A DNA stretch of 64,000 nucleotides from an uncultured bacterium (GCA_965369655.1 CBDUQR010000006.1:19186-83185), one strand, 5' to 3'. Shown: positions 46,838-57,604, counted from the first letter of the stretch. Notes: generated by a model from the sequence alone, not told the origin. Numbers and translations are program-made.

Positions 46838-47758
46838 ATGAGAGCTATCTTCCGAAACGCTAACATGCTGACAACGCTGACAATCGTAGTCCTGGGTATC
46901 CTTATTATTGCGGGATCAGTACCAGCTCAGGACAACAACGCCGCTAAAGAGAAATTCAACGAGGGGATTCAGGCCGAGAAAGACGGCAAACTGGACGTTG
47001 CCCTGAAGGCATACGAAGCTGCCGTCGCCGCCGATCCCGGTTTCGCAGATCCATATCTGAACCTTGGCGTCATCTACTTCGGAAAGAAAGACCACGCTAA
47101 TGCTATCAAGAATTTCAAGAAGTTCACCGAACTGAATCAGAGCAGCTACGACGGGTTCAAGAACCTCGGATATGCATGTGTCGAGGCGAAAGACCTCAAG
47201 ACCGGCGCGGCTGCGTTCGATGCCGGATTGAAACTCAAGCCGAAGGACGTTGAACTTCTGAAGGGATATGCGAATCTCTATTACAAAGCCGACAATTGGT
47301 CTAAGGCAATAGAGCAATACAACGCATACATCTCAGTCAATCCAGGCGATACGAAATCTCTGACCAATCTTGGCAGATGCTACAAAGAATCCGGTAATGC
47401 GACCGACGCCGTGGCAACATACCAGAAAGCTATCAAGGCTGACCCAAAGTATCACATGGCTCATTTTCAACTCGGAAGCCTCTATTTGGCCGAGAAAGAC
47501 TATGAGAAGGCTGCTCAGAGTTTTGAGAAATCGTCGGAATTGAACAAGAAACACTGGCAATCATTCTACAACCTCGGCAACGCGAGAGTCGCTTTGGAGA
47601 CCCAGGAGGATTACGTAGACGCTTACCGTGCCTACACCACTTTCCTGAAACTGACATCAGGCGCCAAGAGCAACTCGACTAAAAAGCTTCGCCAGAACGC
47701 TCAGGAGATCACGGGAAAGCTGAAAGATTATTTCGACGCCGAAGCCATTGACTATTGA
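46838..47758 (+). CDS. Secreted TPR-repeat protein
   Basis: Signal peptide; about 6-7 TPR repeats (NLG...Y..A). Confidence 0.85.
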   Translation: MRAIFRNANMLTTLTIVVLGILIIAGSVPAQDNNAAKEKFNEGIQAEKDGKLDVALKAYEAAVAADPGFADPYLNLGVIYFGKKDHANAIKNFKKFTELNQSSYDGFKNLGYACVEAKDLKTGAAAFDAGLKLKPKDVELLKGYANLYYKADNWSKAIEQYNAYISVNPGDTKSLTNLGRCYKESGNATDAVATYQKAIKADPKYHMAHFQLGSLYLAEKDYEKAAQSFEKSSELNKKHWQSFYNLGNARVALETQEDYVDAYRAYTTFLKLTSGAKSNSTKKLRQNAQEITGKLKDYFDAEAIDY

Positions 47759-47956
47759 TCGACAGGTGATATAGATTTGCACAAGGGCCGTGTAAGCGGT
47801 CCTTTGCCTTTTCTCGCCATCGTAACGCGGTAATCATTGCTCGATTGTAGTTGCGTCAAACCCGACTTGTGCTCTATAATCCGGAGTGAAATCAAATACT
47901 GTGAACAACTTCCAACCAGCGCAGGCATGCCCTGCAGAACGATTCTGAGATAAGCT

Positions 47957-48847
47957 GTGGGAATCTTTACGGCAAATGCTGAGAACACGACGCGGCTGTC
48001 TTTCGTGGTGAACGTCATCCTCTTCGTGCTGAAACTCATCGGCGGGATTTTCGGTCACAGCCGGGCGCTGCTTGCAGATGCACTCAACTCGCTCCTCGAT
48101 ATCGTAGCCAATACCGTCGTCTGGATCGGGATCAAGATCGCGAAGCGTCCTGCAGACGAGGACCATCCGTATGGCCATGGACACGCCGACACGCTGGCTG
48201 CCCTGTTTGTCGCACTACTGCTCGTCGTCACCGGCGTTTTCATCGGCGTGAGCGCCATTCATGTCATAATCGATAGAGATTATCAGGCTCCCGGGATGAT
48301 AGCCACGATTATCGCGGCGTTCACTATCGTGGTCAAAGAGATACTCTATCAATGGACTATCAGAGCGGGACGAAAGGCAAATTCCGCAGCCGTGATCGCC
48401 AACGCCTACGATCACCGCGCAGACGTCTACGCATCTTCCGGCGCACTGATCGGAATCGTCGTGGCGCAGGTCGGATTCCCGATCCTCGATCCCATTGCCG
48501 GATTCTGGATCGGCCTACTGATTCTCAAGAACGCTGTCAAGCTCATGAGAGACAACCTCCACTTCCTGATGGGTGGAGCGCCCGATTCCGCAGTCACCCG
48601 TCAAATAACTGAAACCGCGCGTGGTCATACCGGTGTACAACATGTAAGAAACGTGAAGGTGCGGTCGGCGGGTCCCACATACATCGCCGATCTCAAGATA
48701 ATGGTCGATGGAGAATTGACCGTCAAGGCCGGACATGACATAGCTACAGACCTGAAGACAGAACTGCTGAAAACAGTTGACAATCTGCAGGATGCGATGA
48801 TACATGTAGAACCGCTGAATGATTCGTCGAGGAAAGGACTTTCGTGA
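47957..48847 (+). CDS. Cation diffusion facilitator (FieF-like)
   Basis: SRALLADALNS, PAD.DHPYGHG, A.DHRADV and IHVEP motifs. Confidence 0.93.
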   Translation: MGIFTANAENTTRLSFVVNVILFVLKLIGGIFGHSRALLADALNSLLDIVANTVVWIGIKIAKRPADEDHPYGHGHADTLAALFVALLLVVTGVFIGVSAIHVIIDRDYQAPGMIATIIAAFTIVVKEILYQWTIRAGRKANSAAVIANAYDHRADVYASSGALIGIVVAQVGFPILDPIAGFWIGLLILKNAVKLMRDNLHFLMGGAPDSAVTRQITETARGHTGVQHVRNVKVRSAGPTYIADLKIMVDGELTVKAGHDIATDLKTELLKTVDNLQDAMIHVEPLNDSSRKGLS

Positions 48848-49845
48848 GATACGCGCAGGACATTTGTGAATTGATTGGAAAGACGCCCTTAGTCAGGCTA
48901 AATGACACCGTCTCGGATATTCCGCCCATCGTTTTGGCGAAGCTGGAATTCATGAATCCGGGCGGCTCCATCAAAGACAGGATGGCGCACTATATCATCT
49001 CACAGTGCGAAGAACGCGGCATCCTGAAACCGGGAGACATCATTGTCGATAATACCTCCGGCAACACAGGAGCGGGCGGGGCGATGGTTGCTGCCGCCAA
49101 AGGATATAAATCGCTCTTCACCACGCCGGAGAAGACCAGCAAGGAAAAGAAAGATTTTATCAAGTCTTTCGGAGCCGAGATCATAGTAACCCCATCTGAC
49201 GTGCCCCACGATGATCCGTCGAGCTTCTACATGGTTGCTCGGCGCATAGGTAACCAGCCGGGTCATTTCTACATGGATCAGTACGACAGTCAGGTCAACG
49301 TCGAAGGCCACTACATGACTACCGGACCCGAGATATGGGATGACACCGAAGGGAAAATCACTCACTTTGTATGCGGAATAGGCACCGGAGGTACAATATC
49401 GGGAGTGTCAAAATATCTCAAAGAAAAGAATCCCGACGTCAGAACTATCGGCGTGGAACCGGTGGGATCGCTTTTCGCAGCATATTTCCGTGGTGATCCT
49501 ATCCCCGCCCCCCGACCGTGTAAGGTTGAGGGAATCGGTACCGATGTAATTACAAAGGCATTCCTGAAGGAGTACATCGACGAAGTGATCCAGGTCGACG
49601 ACAGAGCGGCTTTCATGGCAGCCAGAGAGCTCTGCAGGCGAGAAGGAATCTCCACCGGAGGATCTTCCGGCGCAGTGCTCCATGCTATTCGCAGTTACTG
49701 TAAAGACCTTTCCAAAGACGACGTCGTCGTAACCATTTTCGCGGACGGTGGAATCAGATATCTCTCGAAAATGTACAATGATGAATGGATGAAAGAACAC
49801 GGCCTCCTGAGCAAAACAGCCACGGAGACCGCGGAAACAAAGTAA
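48844..49845 (+). CDS. PLP-dependent cysteine synthase/cystathionine beta-synthase family protein
   Basis: NPGGSIKDR, TSGNTG, GIGTGGT, VEGIG and GGSSG motifs. Confidence 0.92.
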   Translation: MRYAQDICELIGKTPLVRLNDTVSDIPPIVLAKLEFMNPGGSIKDRMAHYIISQCEERGILKPGDIIVDNTSGNTGAGGAMVAAAKGYKSLFTTPEKTSKEKKDFIKSFGAEIIVTPSDVPHDDPSSFYMVARRIGNQPGHFYMDQYDSQVNVEGHYMTTGPEIWDDTEGKITHFVCGIGTGGTISGVSKYLKEKNPDVRTIGVEPVGSLFAAYFRGDPIPAPRPCKVEGIGTDVITKAFLKEYIDEVIQVDDRAAFMAARELCRREGISTGGSSGAVLHAIRSYCKDLSKDDVVVTIFADGGIRYLSKMYNDEWMKEHGLLSKTATETAETK

Positions 49846-49870
49846 AGATAATGACATCAGGAGGAGATCA

Positions 49871-50602
49871 ATGCAGATACTAACTCGATACGCACGTCAG
49901 TTGAGTCTCGTTATCATGGTTGTCCTGACAGCTCAACCACTTTTCGCGCAGGGACTGGAGAGACCGCTCGATGCCACAATCGATTTCAGCGAGCATAACT
50001 TCGATTTCGGATACCTTCCCAAAGGGATCCAAGCGCTGCACACATATTACATAGACAATAAAGGCGCGGACACGCTTCGGATCATCAAGGTCTCAGCTGC
50101 ATGCGGATGCACCTCCACTCCACTGGACAAACCGAACGTCGCCCCCGGAGACACATCCAGCCTTGATGTATTCTTCAGCTCAAAGAAATTCTCCGGCAAA
50201 GTAACAAAAAAAATCTCCATTCTCTCGAACGATCCGATGGATCCGTTCACAGATATATTCTTCTCCGCAACGGTTGATCGGAAGCATCCTTTGATCGAGG
50301 TCAAACCTGACGTGGTCGAGGGTGGAATCAAGGGTCCGGAAAAACCGGGGAGCACGTTCGAAATCGAACTGACCAACAAGAGCAAAGAAACTGTCGGGAT
50401 AGCAATCATCTCGGAATGCGAACCGTACCTTGACGTCAAGCTGTCGAGAGACAAGATACCGGCGGGCCAGTCCGCAAAGCTTCTGGTCAGATTTATTGAG
50501 CCGCACGACTCGCCGAAGACTCCGTGGTACTCGGTTACGCTCGAGACAGACGACTCTCAAAAACAAAGGCTGACGATTCCTCTATTCATTCCAACCACAT
50601 AG
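49871..50602 (+). CDS. Secreted DUF1573 (Ig-like) protein
   Basis: Signal peptide; FDFG...N.G...L.I..V.AACGCT...PG...SNDP. Confidence 0.85.
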   Translation: MQILTRYARQLSLVIMVVLTAQPLFAQGLERPLDATIDFSEHNFDFGYLPKGIQALHTYYIDNKGADTLRIIKVSAACGCTSTPLDKPNVAPGDTSSLDVFFSSKKFSGKVTKKISILSNDPMDPFTDIFFSATVDRKHPLIEVKPDVVEGGIKGPEKPGSTFEIELTNKSKETVGIAIISECEPYLDVKLSRDKIPAGQSAKLLVRFIEPHDSPKTPWYSVTLETDDSQKQRLTIPLFIPTT

Positions 50603-50604
50603 CC

Positions 50605-52947
50605 GTGAGGAATGTTAGCCGAAAGCAGAACGATTTGAGCAAACCTGCTTCGGACAAAAGAAACACCGGCAATCGATTGCCCGGTAAACTGACGGTGACC
50701 GCAAATTGCCGCAGGATGCTGGACCTTTGTCTACGACAGGTCAGGGCGGCGTTTTCCGCCAGCTTCGCGGTCGTCTATACTCTCGATAATGATTCGACCC
50801 TTTCGCTTCATCGATCCTCCGTACGGCTCCCGCGCAAGTTCAGGCAATCGATCGAAATCCCGAATGGGCGTTCTCCACTCGCAGGTATTCTAAAGACGGG
50901 CAAACCGATTCTGATCGATGAATTTCGCCAATCTGTGCGGCTGGCAGAATCCCTTGGACTCAAAACCGGCCAAAACGGGACTCCCCGATGGAAACTGGCA
51001 TTGCTGCCTCTTACATCAGGAGATACATGTCTCGGGCTGCTCCTGCTGCCAATGGAGCGACATGTTCCGAATTCCGAGGCTTGCGACCTGAAATCCATTC
51101 AGCTTGCATCGGATCAGGTCGCCTCTGCACTCGCTTCAACTATCATGTGTGCAGAGATGAAGGCCGAGAGGTCCTCCCTCAAACAACAGAGCAAGAGTCT
51201 GAGCGGATTGATCAGGAAGTACGAACAGGAACTGGAGGAATACTCGGCGCTTCAGACCATCGAGGACTCAATTTTCGGAAACTTCGAGCTCGATTCGGTG
51301 CTCGAACAAGCAGCGGAAGCGTTTCTGAAACTCAGCAAGGTTGACAGGTGTCATATCATCTGCGCCGACCTGAAGATGAGGACTTTGCATTCATGGTCGG
51401 CGGCGAGCAAATCGACAAAGAAGATCAGAAGACTTGATCCTGCGCTTTTCGATCTGGCCTGCGATGTAAACCCAGGACGTGCCACGGTATCCCTGAAGGT
51501 CTCTGATTCACGTCGACTCAGCGACGAATCAGCAAAGTACCTCAATCGAAAAACGGTCAAGCGTGTCGACCTCATTCCTCTGCGATGTTGCGGTAAGCAT
51601 GTTGGCGTTATAGCCCTCACCTACACGCGCAGGCAGAACCCACTCACGCCATCAGAAAAGAGAGTATTCCGAAACGCGGCAGCTCGTGTGACAGAGGCCA
51701 TCGAGATGGCTAACCTGTACGACAAAATGAAAATCTATTCCGAGAACCTAAAAAAGCGGAACGAGGACCTCTCAGTACTGTTCGATCTGGCGAGGAAATT
51801 CTCGACCACTTTTGACCTTCAGCAGACTCTGAAGTATGCGGTGAACATGTTCGTCACACGTCTTGATGCCGATCGGGCAGCAATTCTTATTGTCGATCCC
51901 GAAGACGAGAGTCTCATCCACATTGAGAATGCGGCAAAGCCCGGAACCGGTACTGCTTCTTTTGACGTCAACCAACTGATGAAGGATCCCAGCGAGTTCA
52001 GAGAGATCCTTGAGGCGAGAAAGATGCTTGTCGCCGAGGACCTCTCTCGATTCAAGATCAGGACCAGCTATTCCCGGGATTATTTCGACAAGAGCGGCTT
52101 CAAATCAGCCGCCGCCATTCCGCTGATATCGCGTGAACACAGACTTGGTTTGCTCTTTCTGGGTTACGTACGTGATTACAAAAGATTCGATGAGCGCGAG
52201 AAACACTTGCTCGAGACCTTCGGCAGCCTGATAGCAACTGCCACGGAAAACTGTCGCCTGATGGATTTCATCTCAGGGAAGTACCGACGGGCCGGATGGC
52301 TGACGTCGAGAGTATTTGAGGCCCAGGAGAATGAACGTCGAAAGCTGGCGCGAAATCTGCACGATCAAGTCGGCGCCAGCCTGACAATGCTCCGCATCAA
52401 TCTTCAGATGGCAAAAAAAGCGATGAACACCGACGATGCCGTCTTCAGAAACGAACTGCTGGACCTCGACAGGAAACTCGGTGACACGATTGCCATCGTC
52501 AGGAACCTGACAGTCGACCTGAGACCGCCGATGCTTGACGATCTGGGTCTGGTCCCGGCTCTCACCTGGTACATTGAGCATTTCTCGAAACGCTTCAAGA
52601 TAAAGATCAAGTTCACAAACAATTTCAGGTTCCAGGAAAGATTCCCCGATCGAGAAACCCTGATCTATCGAATAGTCCAGGAAGCTCTTACCAACATTGC
52701 CAAACACGCCGAGGCCAGCCGAGCCGAGATCAGGATATCGAGTCGAAGCTCATATTGTGAATTGACCGTAGCTGACAATGGACACGGTTTCGATCTCAGT
52801 AAGCTCGACAAAGAAGGCGTCAGGACAGAAGGCTTCGGACTCTTGAGCATTCGGCAGCAGATCGACAACCGTAACGGCAAGTTCGAAATAAAGAGCGCTC
52901 CCGACAAAGGTACCCGACTGAAAGTGAGGATGTCTTGGATACAGTAA
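50605..52947 (+). CDS. Cytoplasmic multi-GAF sensor histidine kinase (HisKA_3); start uncertain
   Basis: QENERRKLARNLHDQVG, LRPPMLDDLGL, QEALTNIAKHA and DNGHGF motifs; GAF-like LPL/IPL motifs. Confidence 0.9.
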   Translation: MRNVSRKQNDLSKPASDKRNTGNRLPGKLTVTANCRRMLDLCLRQVRAAFSASFAVVYTLDNDSTLSLHRSSVRLPRKFRQSIEIPNGRSPLAGILKTGKPILIDEFRQSVRLAESLGLKTGQNGTPRWKLALLPLTSGDTCLGLLLLPMERHVPNSEACDLKSIQLASDQVASALASTIMCAEMKAERSSLKQQSKSLSGLIRKYEQELEEYSALQTIEDSIFGNFELDSVLEQAAEAFLKLSKVDRCHIICADLKMRTLHSWSAASKSTKKIRRLDPALFDLACDVNPGRATVSLKVSDSRRLSDESAKYLNRKTVKRVDLIPLRCCGKHVGVIALTYTRRQNPLTPSEKRVFRNAAARVTEAIEMANLYDKMKIYSENLKKRNEDLSVLFDLARKFSTTFDLQQTLKYAVNMFVTRLDADRAAILIVDPEDESLIHIENAAKPGTGTASFDVNQLMKDPSEFREILEARKMLVAEDLSRFKIRTSYSRDYFDKSGFKSAAAIPLISREHRLGLLFLGYVRDYKRFDEREKHLLETFGSLIATATENCRLMDFISGKYRRAGWLTSRVFEAQENERRKLARNLHDQVGASLTMLRINLQMAKKAMNTDDAVFRNELLDLDRKLGDTIAIVRNLTVDLRPPMLDDLGLVPALTWYIEHFSKRFKIKIKFTNNFRFQERFPDRETLIYRIVQEALTNIAKHAEASRAEIRISSRSSYCELTVADNGHGFDLSKLDKEGVRTEGFGLLSIRQQIDNRNGKFEIKSAPDKGTRLKVRMSWIQ

Positions 52948-53603
52948 AAAACATCAGGCTTCTGCTGGTTGACGACCATCTGATCCTGAGGCAGGGTATG
53001 CGGAAACTGCTCGAAGAGCATGAGGGGCTTGAAGTTGTAGGGGAAGCCTCGGATGGCAGGGAGGCGCTGTCGCTCGTGGCGGAACTCAAACCGGACATTG
53101 CAATCCTGGATATTGCGATGCCAAGACTCAACGGTCTGGAAACCTCTCGCCAGATACAATCACACCACCCCGAAGTGAAAGTGCTGATTTTGAGCATGTA
53201 TGACAACGAGGAATATGTCAAGCAGGCGTTGATCGCCGGTGTATCGGGATACATTCTCAAAGAGAGCGCTGTCGAGGAACTCGTCTGGGGCATCAGAGCG
53301 ATCATCGACGGACACCACTTCCTGAGCCCGTCGATCTGCTCGATTGTAGTCGGTGAGTACATGAAACAATTCGCCGGAAAAGCAGGAAAACTCGCTCTCG
53401 ACAACCTCACAGCCAGGGAACGCGAGGTACTCCAACTGGTCGCCGAGGGGAAAACGACTAAGGAAATAGCTGCGATTTTATACATCAGCCCCAAGACTGT
53501 CGAAGCTCATCGCTCAAATATAGGCAGGAAACTGAAAGCAAAGAACGTAAGCGAACTAAAAGAGTATGCAATCCGAAAGGGATACTTGATCGCCGATATA
53601 TGA
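52935..53603 (+). CDS. NarL/LuxR family response regulator
   Basis: LVDDH, LDIAMP and GYILK; HTH LTAREREVL...ISPKTVEAHR. Confidence 0.96.
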   Translation: MDTVKNIRLLLVDDHLILRQGMRKLLEEHEGLEVVGEASDGREALSLVAELKPDIAILDIAMPRLNGLETSRQIQSHHPEVKVLILSMYDNEEYVKQALIAGVSGYILKESAVEELVWGIRAIIDGHHFLSPSICSIVVGEYMKQFAGKAGKLALDNLTAREREVLQLVAEGKTTKEIAAILYISPKTVEAHRSNIGRKLKAKNVSELKEYAIRKGYLIADI

Positions 53604-53631
53604 GCTGCGAACCTGTAAGCAAAAAAATGAC

Positions 53632-53747
53632 TTGACAACAGCACTTGCTTTCATAAGTTTCTTATAGATATATTTGAGGGTGTTCCTCTGCTGTCCCTGG
53701 GTAGTTTCCTAGCCCCCTCTACCCTACCAGAGACACCCTCTTTTTTT
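53632..53747 (+). ncRNA. Candidate small RNA (promoter, long hairpin and U-tract)
   Basis: TTGACA at 53632, then 16 nt to TAAGTT; GAGGGTGT(TC)CTCTG...CAGAGACACCCTC-TTTTTTT; no ORF inside. Confidence 0.4.
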
Positions 53748-53826
53748 GTCTGAAACTTGCCTCGGGTATCTGCATTGTCGGCTATGATGTGAACATCCGC
53801 GATAGTGCCGACTCGATCCAAAATCC

Positions 53827-53855
53827 TTGACAACTGTGCGCAGCACCAATATAAT
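53827..53855 (+). promoter_or_regulatory. Perfect sigma70 consensus promoter for tRNA-Thr
   Basis: TTGACA-17 nt-TATAAT. Confidence 0.9.
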
Positions 53856-53904
53856 AATATCCGCAATGCCACAGGCAGTGCGCCTGTCTGGCAGGCTCAG
53901 ACAA

Positions 53905-53978
53905 GCCACCGTAGCTCAGATTGGTAGAGCAGACGATTCGTAATCGTCAGGTCAGCAGTTCGATTCTGCTCGGTGGCT
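53905..53978 (+). tRNA. tRNA-Thr(CGT), CCA not encoded
   Basis: GCCACCG TAGCTCAG...GACGA TT CGT AA TCGTC...GTTCGATTC...CGGTGGC T. Confidence 0.96.
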
Positions 53979-54020
53979 CTTCTTATCTTTCAACGGTTTA
54001 TGAAGCAATTGCAACGCTGA

Positions 54021-54236
54021 CCCTCTAACGCGGGCGACGGAGCGGCCAGTTGGCTGCTTAGTATCAAAGAATCCGGCGACTATCCTATGCATTTTGTTTC
54101 CATGGTGGTTAACGCCAATAACCACGCCGGTAGCTGGATGTGGAATCACTACAACCTGTACTACGTTCCGACTATCTATTTCGCCGGCGGTACTGACCCG
54201 TGCGATCCTGACGGAGACGAGACACCTGATTGCTGA
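54021..54236 (+). pseudogene. Internally deleted remnant of a secreted dockerin-tailed protein
   Basis: Manual translation ...SIKESGDYPMHFVSMV...YNLYYVPTIYFAGGTDPCDPDGDETPDC*. The tail matches PCDPDGDGVPDC of the next gene; there is no signal peptide. Confidence 0.65.
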
Positions 54237-54261
54237 GAAGGAGCGCGAAGCATTCTATCGG

Positions 54262-54293
54262 AAGGGAGCCAGCCTTGTGTCGGCTCCCTTTTT
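54262..54293 (+). terminator. Intrinsic terminator after the remnant
   Basis: AAGGGAGCC...GGCTCCCTT-TTT. Confidence 0.75.
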
Positions 54294-54488
54294 CGCTGAA
54301 TGTCGGATCGAATCCTGACCGTTTCACATTTGACTCTGACCATCACACAGATTCATCGCCAAAAGCCCTTGACAATTCTGATATATCTGCCAGTTTAGAT
54401 GTGTATTGTTGAATTACACGCCGATGTGTTTGTTGATGAAATACTTGCAAAGAAACGCCAAAAAGAAATGAAGCAGAGAGGTGTTCAC

Positions 54489-57400
54489 ATGATAAAGCGC
54501 TGGGAGATGACCTTATTGCTGCTGATTGCTGCATTGATGCCGGGGCTTTGCATGACGGCTGTCAGCATGGATAGGAATGATATGCTGTCTGGTGAGATGA
54601 CGGCAACGAGAACTGATGAGATACCGTCGAAATCGGTTGCCCATCGATTTTCTGCCGATCTCAAAGCTGCTCCTGTCGACAGGAACCATGAAGTGCGGAG
54701 GGTTCCAGATTCCCGGACTGACTTGTTCCTTGAATGTTTCGAGGATGGTGTTCCTCCGACTGGCTGGAGCGCTATTGTAAACAATGCCTTCACCTGGGAG
54801 TCGAGCGATTTTCTCTCTTATGAAGGTGTCTATCACGCCACCTGTTTGTACGATGAGTATTATACCGGCTTTCAGGATGAGTGGCTGATCACTCCCGTAA
54901 TCGACCTGACAACCGGCGGCGCCTCCTGGAAACTGGATTTCTGGTGGAAAGGCAGTTATTACTGGTCTGTCAGTCCCTGGAATAGCTGTGATCTTATCGT
55001 AAAGATTTCTACCGATGGCGGTGCCAACTGGGATGACCTCTGGACAGAACATGATGAGGGTGAGTTCACAAACTGGGAATGGCACAATACAGTTATCGAC
55101 CTGAGCGCATACCTGGCTGAGAACAATGTCATATTGGCATTCAATTATAGCGGTTATGATGGCGCTCAATTTTCGATCGATGCAGTATCGATCAATGATG
55201 CTGCCATGCCAACCGGCCGTTGCTGCTATGGCGATCCGGAGGCTCCCTCCTGTGCCGATGTGACGGAACTTGACTGCGCGGCTTTGGACGGCGACTGGGA
55301 GCGGTACAAAAACTGTGCCGATCATCCCTGCCCAATATACTATCCTCCCCCCCCGAATGATGACTGGATTGATGCTGATACGATCACAGGTCCTTTTCCC
55401 GACACAGTAGCAGGAACTACACTGGGAGCTACGGTTGATTGTCCAAGTCTGTTCAATTGGAATGCGGTCTGGTATGTTTTCGAGACTCCGTATGCCCTGA
55501 GCGACGTGAATATCGACTACTGCGGTTCAGTTCCGGGCCTCGGGAACATCGGTTCAATTCTGTTTCGTGACTCAGTTATCTGCGGAGATTTCATTTCTCG
55601 TGAAGGTTATGAGTGGCATGATTGTGGTGATGGAGAATCAAACCCTCGTATCTGGTGGACATCCCTTCCAGGCCCGACCACATACTATTTGCCGGTATAC
55701 ACCGGTAACGACGCCCTTCAACAGCCTTTCCAGTTTACGATCAGCTTCTCTGAGACACCGCCCCCTGAAACAGGTAATTACTGCGGTGATCCGATAGTGC
55801 TTGATATCGGGATGGCTAATCTGCCGTATACTCTCACAGATCAATACACATGCGGTCGCGATGACTGGTATGAAAACACCTGCCTTGATGGTTATGACCG
55901 GGGTGAGGACATTGTATACCAATTGAATTTGCATGTGGATATTCACCTGAGCATTTTGCTTGATCCCGGGGAGACGACCTACACAGGGATCCTGATTGAC
56001 TATACATGTCCGGCTGATCCCACTACCTGCATCGCTCAGAGCGTCGAATCCGATGCCAAACCACATGGCATCATCAATGTCGATCTGACTGCAGGTACCT
56101 ACTATATCATGGTTGATACATGGGCGCCGCCGGATTGTATCCCTTCGTTTGATCTGACGATTGAGGAATACATTGTCAGTGATGGTAACGATTGCGGAGA
56201 ACCGATTGTAGTCAAGTTACCGGATTACTTAACCCAGGGTCCTGACAACGACTCCTACATTGATGAAGACCAGACTACATGCGGACGTAAAGACGACTAC
56301 GATAATACATGCCTGGGCAACTGGGACAGAGAAGAAGATATTATTTACAGACTGGATGTCACAGAGGAGATTGCTATTGATGTTTTCCTCGATCCGGGCT
56401 TAACTAACTGGACAGGCATTCTAATTGACGATAACTGCCCGCCTGATGAAACCGACTGCATCCAGTATTCCACAATTGGAATTGGGGCTCATGGGCTTTA
56501 CGATATCGCTCTCGATCCCGGTATTTACTATATCATGGTAGACATGAATTCATCGGTCGGCTGTATTCCGAGCTTCGACCTGACCATTCGACCTGTTGGA
56601 AGCGGTCTGGTTAATGACGAGTGGGAAAACTGTATGGCGATTGGTGATGCTGTCGATCTGCCCTTCTCCACAAAGCAAGCCACTCCCGATGGTCCCGGTG
56701 AATGCATGACATCGCCGAATCTCTGGTACTGTTATACTGCTCCATGCACCGGCACTTCCACGATCAGTTTGTGCGAATCAAGTTATGATACCAAGCTGGC
56801 TGTGTATGACGGTGTCGATCCGAACGTCGATCCGATGATGGGTTGCGACGATAACTCCTGCGGCCAACAGTCTGAACTCGATGTTGATGTTGTGGCGGGG
56901 AACAGTTACCTGATTGAGGTCGGCGGATGGAGTAACTATACTGGCAATGGCATTCTGAATATTTCTTGCGACGGGCCGCCAGGAAATGACAACTGTGAAG
57001 ACGTGACCCCTGTCCTGTTGACTGACGATGTACCTGTTACGTTCACCGGCAATAACACATACGCAACGCATCAGTGTGACTTCTTCGATGGCGCTCACAC
57101 ATGGCATGCATTTACGATCAATACTACGATGAACGTGACGCTCGATTATTGCTCAACATACCCAGCATTTGATAGTGCATGGAATAACCTTGCCATAGGT
57201 TGCCCTTGCGCAGAGATAAGCGACACTGGCGATTATGATCTCATTGACTGTGGGGATGACAACATAACTATCAAGTGGAATGCTCTGGAGGCAGGTACTT
57301 ATTACTATCCCGTCATGCGCTACAGCGGCGCCACAGGTCCATATATTCTCCACATTGTCGCTAATCACGTGTGGATCTGCGGTGATGCCGATGGCAGTGG

Positions 57401-57599
57401 CGCGGTTGACATCGATGATGTCGTGTACCTGATCAATTACATCTTTGCCGGAGGACCCGCACCTGATCCGCTGGCTACAGGTGATGCTAATTGCTCAGGC
57501 GATGTGGACATCGATGATGTCGTCTACCTGATCAACTATATCTTTGGTGGCGGCCACGAACCGTGCGATCCTGACGGGGATGGTGTGCCTGATTGTTAA
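54489..57599 (+). CDS. Large secreted Asp/Cys-rich multidomain surface protein (cleaved-adhesin-like, repeated beta domains, dockerin-like pair)
   Basis: Signal peptide; FE.G.PPTGW...QDEWLITP...ISTDGG.NW; GRCC module; two TCGR.D.Y.NTCL repeats; ND.C repeats; GDADGSGAVDIDDVVYLINYIF-type motif twice. Confidence 0.88.
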   Translation: MIKRWEMTLLLLIAALMPGLCMTAVSMDRNDMLSGEMTATRTDEIPSKSVAHRFSADLKAAPVDRNHEVRRVPDSRTDLFLECFEDGVPPTGWSAIVNNAFTWESSDFLSYEGVYHATCLYDEYYTGFQDEWLITPVIDLTTGGASWKLDFWWKGSYYWSVSPWNSCDLIVKISTDGGANWDDLWTEHDEGEFTNWEWHNTVIDLSAYLAENNVILAFNYSGYDGAQFSIDAVSINDAAMPTGRCCYGDPEAPSCADVTELDCAALDGDWERYKNCADHPCPIYYPPPPNDDWIDADTITGPFPDTVAGTTLGATVDCPSLFNWNAVWYVFETPYALSDVNIDYCGSVPGLGNIGSILFRDSVICGDFISREGYEWHDCGDGESNPRIWWTSLPGPTTYYLPVYTGNDALQQPFQFTISFSETPPPETGNYCGDPIVLDIGMANLPYTLTDQYTCGRDDWYENTCLDGYDRGEDIVYQLNLHVDIHLSILLDPGETTYTGILIDYTCPADPTTCIAQSVESDAKPHGIINVDLTAGTYYIMVDTWAPPDCIPSFDLTIEEYIVSDGNDCGEPIVVKLPDYLTQGPDNDSYIDEDQTTCGRKDDYDNTCLGNWDREEDIIYRLDVTEEIAIDVFLDPGLTNWTGILIDDNCPPDETDCIQYSTIGIGAHGLYDIALDPGIYYIMVDMNSSVGCIPSFDLTIRPVGSGLVNDEWENCMAIGDAVDLPFSTKQATPDGPGECMTSPNLWYCYTAPCTGTSTISLCESSYDTKLAVYDGVDPNVDPMMGCDDNSCGQQSELDVDVVAGNSYLIEVGGWSNYTGNGILNISCDGPPGNDNCEDVTPVLLTDDVPVTFTGNNTYATHQCDFFDGAHTWHAFTINTTMNVTLDYCSTYPAFDSAWNNLAIGCPCAEISDTGDYDLIDCGDDNITIKWNALEAGTYYYPVMRYSGATGPYILHIVANHVWICGDADGSGAVDIDDVVYLINYIFAGGPAPDPLATGDANCSGDVDIDDVVYLINYIFGGGHEPCDPDGDGVPDC

Positions 57600-57604
57600 G
57601 TTGA

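Noticed and set aside
57405-57550. Direct DNA repeat about 100 bp apart (GACATCGATGATGTCGT.TACCTGATCAA)
   Set aside because: Fully explained by the two halves of the dockerin-like domain.
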